From Candidatus Dasytiphilus stammeri (GTDB taxonomy: Bacteria; Pseudomonadota; Gammaproteobacteria; Enterobacterales; Enterobacteriaceae), in contig CP145873.1 of the NCBI GenBank assembly GCA_041941865.1, positions 171,752 to 235,751 of the forward strand: 64,000 nt of DNA, written 5' to 3'. Positions 1-8,262 of this stretch are shown one piece after another; positions within the stretch are counted from its first letter, which is position 1; the number at the start of each line of letters is the position of its first letter. The position numbers and the translations under genes were made by a program. The notes under the pieces are model-generated. The model did not search any database and was not told where the DNA came from. It was given only the letters and a program-made list of their open reading frames with translations.

Positions 1-941
1 GAAAATATTATGATCCATTTAATGGAATTAATGACATTTTTCAACGAAAACTTCGTCATATTTCCAATTCTTTTAGTGAAGATCCATTACGAGTATTACG
101 AGTAGCACGTTTTGCAGCCTGTTATAACTATCTAAATTTTCAAATAGATCCTGAAACAATTAAGATTATGAGTTATATGTCAAAAAATGGAGAGTTAAAT
201 TCTTTATCAGCAGAAAGAATTTGGAAAGAAACAGAAATTGCTTTATGTTCTCGTAATCCTATTTTATATTTTCAGATATTAAAACAATGTCATGCTTTAT
301 CCTGTTTGTTTCCTGAAATAGATAATTTATATCGAATAGATATAAATAATCCTAATAAAAGTAATAATATGGTACTAACTAATAGTTATCGACCTCTTTT
401 TTCATTATCTATTGCAGTACAGATAAGTAGTCAATTAGAAGTACGTTTTGCTTGTTTATGCCATGATATAGAACAATTTTTTTGTGCGGACACATCTGTT
501 AGAAATAGCAGTAGTTTATCCTATTTAAAACATATATCAAAAAATAAATTATCAGAAAAATTCTGTAATCGATTACGCGTACCAAAATATCTGAGTAATT
601 TTTTTGATTTAGCACAGAAATGGCATTATTTAGTACATAAAATAGAGCAAGTAGAACCTAAAAGGATAATAACATTTTTTAATAAAATTGATTCCTGGCG
701 AAAACCAGATAGAATTACGAAAATTTCTGCTGTTAGCCAAGCAGTAAATTATCATCAATTAATAAAAGATCCTTCTAAATTATCATACTATCCACAAGAA
801 AAATATCTCCAAAAAATATTTTCTTTAGCAAAAAATATATCTGTCAAAAAAATTATTGAAGATGGATATCAAGGGTCCAATATTCATAAAGAATTAGATT
901 CACGGCGTTATGAAGCTATAAAATTTTGGAAAAATAAATAA
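1..941 (+). CDS. cca: tRNA CCA-adding nucleotidyltransferase Cca, C-terminal ~312 codons (5' end lies outside the window)
   Basis: The frame is open from base 3 to TAA at 941. The first 55 codons upstream of the listed ORF read [39 protein letters not shown], matching E. coli Cca ([25 protein letters not shown]). Later matches include [22 protein letters not shown], RLRVP and DSWRKP. Confidence 0.9.
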   Translation, partial: [312 protein letters not shown]

Positions 942-963
942 AAATATTTAGGATTTTAATTTT

Positions 964-1977
964 TTAAAAAACTTCAAATAAATTATTTAGGGACCAACGC
1001 GGATAAACATTAATTTTTAAATTAGAAGATTGTTGACCGTGTTTAAATCTCAAGAATCCTACATAAGCTATCATTGCTCCATTATCTGTACAAAATTCAG
1101 GTGAACCATAAAGTATTTTTTTAGCAAAACTAAAATTATTAAAATTAGATCGCAAGGTATTATTTGAACTGACTCCCCCCACAATTACTAATTGAGTTAC
1201 TTTAGTCAAATCTAGGGCTCTTTGACTTTTGATTAATAAAATATCGATAATTGCATCTTCAAAAGAACGAGCTATATCTGCCTTTGTTTGAATATCATGT
1301 TTTTCTTTATGGAATAGAGTAGTAGTATAAGTTTTTAAACCTGAAAAACTAAAATCTAAACCTGGTCGATTAATTAAAGGACGAGGAAGAATAAAACGAT
1401 TTTTTTTACCTTGACGTGCTAATTGAGACAATTTTGATCCTCCAGGATATTTTAACCCTAGTAATTGAGCAATTTTGTCAAAAGCTTCTCCTACTGCATC
1501 ATCAATAGTATGTCCCAATAATTGATATTTTCCTAATTGAATAACATTAACTAGTAATGTATTACTTCCGGAAATGATTAATGATACAAAAGGAAAAATA
1601 GGATTATTATTTTCAATAAACGGTGTAAATATATGACCTTCTAAATGATTTATCTGCAATGATGGTATATTTAAAGCAAATGCTAATGAACGTCCAAAAC
1701 TGGCACCTGTTAGCAATGATCCGGATAAACCAGGTCCGGCAGTGTAAGCTATACCATCAATTTCTCGTGGAGTTAATTTGGTCTCTTGTAAGATACATTG
1801 AATTAAGCTGCCAATTTTTTTAATATGATGTCTAGCAGCTAATTCGGGAACTACACCTCCATAATTTGCATGGAGCAACATTTGGCTATAAACTTTATTA
1901 ATTAATAAACCATTGTGTTCATCATAAATAGCAACTCCAGTTTCATCACAAGATGTTTCAATACCTAGTATTCGCAT
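964..1977 (-). CDS. tsaD: tRNA N6-threonylcarbamoyladenosine (t6A) transferase TsaD (YgjD/Kae1 family)
   Basis: 337 aa. The N-terminus MRILGIETSCDETGVAIYD and the AARHH motif match. It is divergent from rpsU, as in E. coli. Confidence 0.95.
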   Translation of the reverse strand: MRILGIETSCDETGVAIYDEHNGLLINKVYSQMLLHANYGGVVPELAARHHIKKIGSLIQCILQETKLTPREIDGIAYTAGPGLSGSLLTGASFGRSLAFALNIPSLQINHLEGHIFTPFIENNNPIFPFVSLIISGSNTLLVNVIQLGKYQLLGHTIDDAVGEAFDKIAQLLGLKYPGGSKLSQLARQGKKNRFILPRPLINRPGLDFSFSGLKTYTTTLFHKEKHDIQTKADIARSFEDAIIDILLIKSQRALDLTKVTQLVIVGGVSSNNTLRSNFNNFSFAKKILYGSPEFCTDNGAMIAYVGFLRFKHGQQSSNLKINVYPRWSLNNLFEVF

Positions 1978-2072
1978 ATTATGAAATTTCCATTAGATTA
2001 ATTTTTACTTTACAATTAACTATTTTCTAAGTATATCTATATTAGATAATAATTATATTTGAGGAAGTTAAT

Positions 2073-2300
2073 ATGCCCATTATAAAAGTTCGTGATAATG
2101 AACCATTTGATGTAGCACTTCGACGTTTTAAGCGTTCTTGCGAAAAAGCAGGTATATTATCGGAAGTTCGTCGAAGAGAATTTTATGAAAAACCTACTAC
2201 TCAACGAAAACGCGCAAAAGCATCTGCTATTAAAAGACTTTCTAAAAAATTATCACGTGAACAATCACGACGTATACGTATACATTATATTAAATCATAA
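2073..2300 (+). CDS. rpsU: 30S ribosomal protein S21
   Basis: [42 protein letters not shown] is near-identical to E. coli S21. A GAGGAAG Shine-Dalgarno sequence lies at 2061-2067. Confidence 0.97.
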   Translation: MPIIKVRDNEPFDVALRRFKRSCEKAGILSEVRRREFYEKPTTQRKRAKASAIKRLSKKLSREQSRRIRIHYIKS

Positions 2301-2350
2301 ATATTTATTTATTAATTATGAAAAATTTTTTAATAGCGTAGAGTTAGTCA

Positions 2351-4107
2351 ATGTTTCGACATATTCCATATTCATTTATTCAAAATTTATTAAGTCATAT
2401 TGATATAGTAGAACTTATTCAATCTCATTTATCCTTACAAAAGGTAGGAAAAAATTATCGATCATGTTGTCCTTTTCATAAAGATAAAAATCCTTCCTTT
2501 ACAGTGAGTAGAGAAAAACAATTATTTTATTGTTTTGGATGTCGTGAGCATGGTAATTCTATTGATTTTATTATGCATTTTGAAAAATTAAATTTTATTG
2601 AAACAATTGAAGAATTAGCTAAGATTTATGGTTTTACAATTCCATACGAATCTAGTGATTTATTATCTAATTTTACTATTCAGCGTCGAGAATATTTTTT
2701 TAAGATGATGCAAATCATATGTGAATTGTATCAAAAATCTTTATTGCATAAAACTCTCAACGCTATTCAAGCTAGAGAATATTTGAAAAAAAGAGAGATT
2801 AATGGTAAAATTATTCAAGAATTTTCGTTAGGTTTTGCTCCTTCTAGTGGAACTACAGTAAAAAAATATTTTGAACAATATTATCCTAACGATATTCATT
2901 TGTTAAAAGAATTAGGAATTTTATCTATAAATGAAAAAAATGATTTTTTTATAAATAGGATAATGTTTCCAATTCGAGATAAAAGGGGAAGAGTTATGGG
3001 TTTTGGAGGAAGAATATTAAACGATTTTCATTCCAATACTAAATATTTAAATTCTCCTACTACAAATATTTTTAATAAAGGAAAACAATTATATGGATTA
3101 TATGAATTATATAAGAAATGTGCTAAACCTTCTAAAATTTTAGTAGTAGAAGGTTATATGGATGTAATTTCTTTGGTAAAAAATGGTATTGAGTATACAG
3201 TTTCTTCATTAGGAACATCAACATCAATAGATCATATTCAACTTTTATTTCGTAATACGGATAATGTTATTTATTGTTATGATGGAGATCATGCAGGAAG
3301 AAAAGCTGCTTGGAAAGCACTCAATATAGCATTACCATATATGGTAGACGGACGACAATTAAGTTTTATGTTTTTACCTGAAGGAGAAGATCCTGATAGT
3401 TTAATACGTAAAGAAGGAAAAAATCTTTTTGAAAAAAGAATATTACGTGCTTATTCTCTATCCGAGTTTATATTTCAATTTTTTTTACAACAGGTAAATA
3501 TTTCTACTGCTGAAGGTAAAGCTAAATTTATTACCTTAGTGCGACCCTTAATTAATAAGATTCCTAGTAAAATATTACAGTTTTCTATACAATCGGTTTT
3601 AGGTAAAAAATTAGGTTTCTTTGAGTCAAAAATATTCAAATTAATATATAATTCAACATTACCCAGACTAAAATCTTCTAATATTTTATATATAAAAAAA
3701 AAAGAAGTAAAATGCGAATACTGCTAAGTTTATTAGTACAAAATCCACATTTTTCATTATTAGTACCAGAATTAACATTTTTAAATAATTTGAAAATAAA
3801 TGGATGGAATATTTTTGTAGAACTAGTAGAACAATGTAAAGCTTGTCCTAAAATCACTACTGGATATTTATTAGAACAATACCGAAATAAAAATTTAATA
3901 AAAACTCTTGAAATATTAGCTTATTGGGACCACATGATTAATGATGAATATTTAGAAAAAACATTTCAAGATTTACTAACTAGTATCTATGAATGTGCTT
4001 TACAACAACGTCAAGAAAAACTGCTTTCTGGAGAAAGAACTCAAGGATTAACTATTGAAGATAAACATGAGTTATGGTTTTTAAATAAAACGTTAGCAAA
4101 AAAATAA
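2351..4107 (+). CDS. dnaG: DNA primase DnaG, interrupted by a frame change at an A10 tract (ORF 2351-3727 = zinc-finger/TOPRIM core; ORF 3712-4107 = DnaB-binding C-terminal domain)
   Basis: The N-terminal ORF carries CCPFHKDKNPSFTV..YCFGC and EGYMDV. The second ORF, MRILLSLLVQNPHFSLLVPEL...LWFLNKTLAKK, aligns with the E. coli DnaG C-terminus (MRTLIGLLVQNPELATLVP...LWTLNQELAKK). Together they give ~580 aa, against 581 aa in E. coli. Confidence 0.9.
3694..3703 (+). repeat. A10 homopolymer at the dnaG frame break (candidate transcriptional-slippage or -1 frameshift site)
   Basis: Sequence is tatAAAAAAAAAAgaag. The second frame is open only from 3682 and the first frame stops at 3727, so the frame switch must occur within 3682-3727. 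One extra A joins the two ORFs as IKKKRSKMRILL. Confidence 0.8.
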
Positions 4108-4225
4108 ATATTAAAAAAAATAAATATTTAAGGATATTGAAAATATTTTTACAAAAAATGATTGATGATTTATCAGAATTTTGATTATTTCTATTTTCGA
4201 TAAACTTTATGATGGATATTATCTT

Positions 4226-4375
4226 ATGAATTATAATTTTTAGTATCAATTAAAAAGTCTTGTTAGTTTCTGGAGAGAATAAGGATATTTAACATATGCG
4301 GAAATAAATAAGTATCTTTTACAGTCAAAATTCAATATCAATTATATTATAAATATAGTTCCATTCATTAATAAG
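4226..4375 (+). other. rpoD: rpoD 5' segment (sigma70 region 1.1 equivalent), in frame with the rpoD ORF but carrying two nonsense codons (TAG 4241-4243, TAA 4280-4282)
   Basis: The translation is [48 protein letters not shown]. It aligns without gaps to E. coli RpoD residues 1-50 (MEQNPQSQLKLLVTRGKEQGYLTYAEVNDHLPEDIVDSDQIEDIIQMIND). Confidence 0.75.
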
Positions 4376-6025
4376 ATGGGTATTCCAGTTATGGAAAAAA
4401 AACCAGATGAAAATATACAGTTATTGAAGAATATTTCAACTACAAAAAAAAATAAACATGTCAAAATCATTGTTGAAGATAATAATAAAAAAGATCTTAC
4501 AACAGATCCCGTTCGGATATATATGCGAGAAATGGGAAATGTAGAATTATTAACACGTGAAGGAGAAGTGGATATCGCTAAACGTATTGAAGAAGGATTT
4601 AACCAAGTTCAATCTTCATTAGGTGAATATCCTGAAGTAATTTCATCTTTTTTGTACCAATATGATCAGTTAAAAAGTAATAATCTGAATCTTAAGGATC
4701 TAATTATAGGTTTTAAAGATACTGAAATAGTAACAGTGCCTACAAAAATTAAAATGACTAATAATTTTTTAGCTAAACATAAAGATCTAGATAAAGTGCT
4801 AGATTATGAAAATAATATTGATCCAGTGGTTGCATGTAAAAAATTTACTACCTTGCGAGATCAATATGAAAAAACTTCTGCAATAATTAATAGTAAAGGT
4901 CGAGAACATAGTGATTCTGTTCAAGAAATAAAAAATCTATCAGAGATATTTAGTACATTTAGGTTAATGCCTAAAATTTTTATTCAATTAGTAAAAAATA
5001 TCCGTTCTATTATGGAGAAAATTCGTGTACAAGAACGTATAATTATGAAACTTTGTGTAGATCAATGTAATATGCCTAAAAAAATTTTTATTTTCTTATT
5101 TACTGGTAATGAAAGTAATGAAAATTGGCTCAAAAATGCCTTATTAAGAAAGGATCGTTGGGCAAAAAATTTACATAGAGTTACTACTAAAATAGTCACT
5201 AGTCTTCAAAGTTTAGTAAAAATTGAAAAAGAAACAGGTTTAAGTATTGAAAATATAAAAGATATTAATCGACGGCTGACAATTGGTGCAGCAAAAGCAG
5301 GTAGAGCAAAGAAAGAAATGATTGAAGCAAATTTACGTCTAGTCATTTCAATAGCTAAAAAATATTCCAATAGAGGACTTCAATTTTTGGATATTATTCA
5401 GGAAGGAAATATTGGATTAATAAAAGCTGTAGATAAATTTAATTATCGTCTTGGATATAAATTTTCTACGTATGCTACCTGGTGGATTCGACAAGCTATA
5501 ACTCGATCGATAGCAGATCAAGCTCGTACTATACGTATTCCAGTACATATGATCGAAACTATCAATAAATTAAATAGAATTTCTCGTAAAATGTTACAAC
5601 AAATAGGTCGAGAACCTACATCAGAAGAATTATCCGAACAAATGTTAATGAGCGAAGACAAAATTCGGAAAGTATTAAAAATTGCAAAAGAACCTATTTC
5701 GCTAGAAACTCCAATTGGAGAGAATGCTAATTCTCATTTAGGCGATTTTATTGAAGATACTAATATTAAAATGCCTTTTGAATGTGCTAGTTATGATAGC
5801 TTACGTTGTTCAACTCAGTTAGTATTAACGGGATTACCTACCAGAGAATGTCAAGTATTAAAGATGCGTTTTGGAATTAATTTGAATACAGATCATACTT
5901 TAGAAGAAGTAGGAAAAAAATTTGATGTCACACGAGAACGTATAAGACAAATAGAGGCAAAAGCATTACGAAAATTGCGGCATCCAAGTAGGGCTGATAT
6001 TCTAAAAGATTTTTTAGAAGATTAA
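4376..6025 (+). CDS. rpoD: RNA polymerase sigma-70 factor RpoD (intact ORF starts at the equivalent of E. coli Met51)
   Basis: 549 aa. Regions 1.2-4 are highly conserved: [97 protein letters not shown]. Confidence 0.93.
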   Translation: MGIPVMEKKPDENIQLLKNISTTKKNKHVKIIVEDNNKKDLTTDPVRIYMREMGNVELLTREGEVDIAKRIEEGFNQVQSSLGEYPEVISSFLYQYDQLKSNNLNLKDLIIGFKDTEIVTVPTKIKMTNNFLAKHKDLDKVLDYENNIDPVVACKKFTTLRDQYEKTSAIINSKGREHSDSVQEIKNLSEIFSTFRLMPKIFIQLVKNIRSIMEKIRVQERIIMKLCVDQCNMPKKIFIFLFTGNESNENWLKNALLRKDRWAKNLHRVTTKIVTSLQSLVKIEKETGLSIENIKDINRRLTIGAAKAGRAKKEMIEANLRLVISIAKKYSNRGLQFLDIIQEGNIGLIKAVDKFNYRLGYKFSTYATWWIRQAITRSIADQARTIRIPVHMIETINKLNRISRKMLQQIGREPTSEELSEQMLMSEDKIRKVLKIAKEPISLETPIGENANSHLGDFIEDTNIKMPFECASYDSLRCSTQLVLTGLPTRECQVLKMRFGINLNTDHTLEEVGKKFDVTRERIRQIEAKALRKLRHPSRADILKDFLED

Positions 6026-6059
6026 GATTTTATAAAAGAATATTAATAATTATTAATTA

Positions 6060-6132
6060 GGCCCTTTAGCTCAGAGGTAAGAGCAGGCGACTCATAATCG
6101 CTTGGTCGCAGGTTCAAATCCTGCAAGGGCCA
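6060..6132 (+). tRNA. ileX: tRNA-Ile2 (anticodon CAU, lysidine-dependent; ileX-like)
   Basis: Cloverleaf: GGCCCTT/AAGGGCC acceptor, GCTC/GAGC D stem, CTCATAA anticodon loop, GCAGG-TTCAAAT-CCTGC T arm. It is near-identical to E. coli ileX and sits right after rpoD as in E. coli. The 3' flank is TTA, so no CCA is encoded. Confidence 0.9.
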
Positions 6133-6220
6133 TTATTAGTATATAATTATGGAATTTTTTATGTACTAATAATACTTAGTGTATATTTAATTATATTATT
6201 CCTATTTAAAAAATATTTGA

Positions 6221-6306
6221 TGCCGAAGGCCGGATTTGAACCGGCATGCTTATTTAAAAGCGATTGATTTTGAATCAATTGCGTCTACCTATTTCGCCAC
6301 TTCGGC
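6221..6306 (-). tRNA. leuX: tRNA-Leu (anticodon CAA), long variable arm
   Basis: The reverse complement GCCGAAGTGGCGAAATAGGTAGACGCAATTGATTCAAAATCAATCGC...GCCGGTTCAAATCCGGCCTTCGGCA closely resembles E. coli leuX. No CCA is encoded (the flank reads TCA). Confidence 0.9.
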
Positions 6307-6430
6307 ATTTTAAATTTATTCATATATCTATTTTAATAGTAATTAACTTGCATTAAACTAAAAATTAGTAAAGATAATTTATAATATTAGTCTAGAGATA
6401 AATATTTCACTAATTTGGAGAAAATTATAC

Positions 6431-7942
6431 ATGAAATTTCAAATTAAAACTGACAATTTAGAATTTCATCATAATGATTGTATTATCAGTGCAGTATTTG
6501 AAAATTATCAATTATCTGCTAGTGCAGAATTTTTAGATAAAATTAGTAAAGGATATATTAGTTCATTATTGAAAATAAGAGATATACAAGGAAAAATTGG
6601 TCAATCTTTATTATTATACCATATTCCTCAAGTAATGACGACGAGATTATTGCTTATTGGATGTGGTACAAAAGATGAAGTTAATGACGAAAAATATCAA
6701 AAAATAATTATGAATTACATTTCTATCCTGAAGGATAGTAATGTACATGAAGTCTTATGTTATCTTTCAGAAATAAATGTAAAAAATAGAAATATATATT
6801 GGAAAATACGTAAATTTATTGAAATAACTGAAAAAAGTTTATATGAGTTTCAACCATTTAAGACCACTTTTAAGAAAAAACAATGTAATCTACAAACAAT
6901 AATATTAAATGTACAAGAAAAAGATTATTCTATAGCTAATCTAGCAATAAAACATGGAATAGCTATATCTACAGGAGTAAAAATAACTAAAGATCTTAGT
7001 AATCTTCCGCCTAATGTATGTAATGCATTATATTTAGCTAAAAAAATTCAAGAATTAGCTAATAATTATAACAATATTAATGTTAAATTTATTAATCAAA
7101 ACGAAATGAAAAAGTTAGGTATGAATGCTTACCTAGCAGTAGGTCAAGGATCCAACAATGAATCAATAATGTCAATTATTAAATATTCAGGATTATCTCA
7201 ACAATTATCACCTATTATCTTAGTAGGGAAAGGAGTAACTTTTGATTCCGGAGGATTATCACTGAAAAATGCAAGTTCCATGATAGATATGAAATATGAT
7301 ATGTGTGGAGCAGCTGCTGTATATGGAGTGCTTCAAGTAGTAGCATCTTTAGAACTCCCTCTTAATATTATTGGTATTGTTGCAGGATGCGAAAATATGC
7401 CAGGAGGAAAATCTTTTCGTCCAGGAGACGTAATAACTACTATGTCCGGAAAAACAGTAGAAATTTTAAATACTGATGCTGAAGGTAGATTAGTATTATG
7501 TGATGTCTTAACATATATAGAAAAATTTAAACCCGCAGTGGTTATTGATATTGCTACTTTAACCGGAGCTTGTGTGGTTGCATTAGGAACTAATATAACA
7601 GGTTTAATATCTAATAATAATAAATTAGCAAAAAATTTATTAACTGCCTCAGAACAATCAGGAGATTGGGCATGGCAACTTCCTCTTTCAGAGGAATATC
7701 AACAGCAACTAATTTCTAATTGTGCAGACTTAGTAAATGTAGCTGAATTGCCAGGAGGAGCTATTACAGCGGGATGTTTTTTATCTCAATTTACTCAAAA
7801 ATATCATTGGGCTCATCTAGATATTGCAGGAACCTGCAAAACACAAGATCCTCAATCTATAATGAGTACAGCTTCGGGAAGACCTGTAACACTTATTATT
7901 CAGTACTTATTAAATATAGTTAAAGATAATACATTATATTAA
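6431..7942 (+). CDS. pepA: Leucyl aminopeptidase PepA (M17)
   Basis: 503 aa, the same length as E. coli PepA. Motifs: GKGVTFDSGG, MKYDMCGAAAV, NTDAEGRLVLCDVLTY, ATLTGAC. Confidence 0.96.
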   Translation: MKFQIKTDNLEFHHNDCIISAVFENYQLSASAEFLDKISKGYISSLLKIRDIQGKIGQSLLLYHIPQVMTTRLLLIGCGTKDEVNDEKYQKIIMNYISILKDSNVHEVLCYLSEINVKNRNIYWKIRKFIEITEKSLYEFQPFKTTFKKKQCNLQTIILNVQEKDYSIANLAIKHGIAISTGVKITKDLSNLPPNVCNALYLAKKIQELANNYNNINVKFINQNEMKKLGMNAYLAVGQGSNNESIMSIIKYSGLSQQLSPIILVGKGVTFDSGGLSLKNASSMIDMKYDMCGAAAVYGVLQVVASLELPLNIIGIVAGCENMPGGKSFRPGDVITTMSGKTVEILNTDAEGRLVLCDVLTYIEKFKPAVVIDIATLTGACVVALGTNITGLISNNNKLAKNLLTASEQSGDWAWQLPLSEEYQQQLISNCADLVNVAELPGGAITAGCFLSQFTQKYHWAHLDIAGTCKTQDPQSIMSTASGRPVTLIIQYLLNIVKDNTLY

Positions 7943-8262
7943 TTAATTAATATTACTAATATTTAGTATTATTAATAAAAATAAAAATTTTTTCTATTAT
8001 TAGATAGTAGTAAAAGTATCATATTACTGACAAATAATAAAAAATTAATCATTATTTTATCAAAATATTATTTGTTAATTTATTAATTGTTTTGATTTAA
8101 AATAACCAAATTTTTTTTTATTTAAAAATCGTAAGTTAATTTGAAAATTTTGTAAAAAACATTATTTTTTTGAATGTTTGTGATAAAAAATAAACTAATT
8201 AATATCATTAATATATCTGATATAAAAGATATTTTATAGCTCATTGGATAGTGTAAATAAGT

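Noticed and set aside
2185-2403. A 72-aa plus-strand ORF overlapping the rpsU 3' end and the dnaG start.
   Set aside because: It lies out of frame within conserved rpsU, has a low-complexity sequence, and resembles nothing I recognise.
4052-4249. A 65-aa minus-strand ORF spanning the dnaG 3' end and the rpoD upstream region.
   Set aside because: It is a low-complexity I/K/F/N peptide, antisense to the conserved dnaG C-terminus and to the rpoD region-1.1 relic. Such ORFs are expected by chance in AT-rich DNA.
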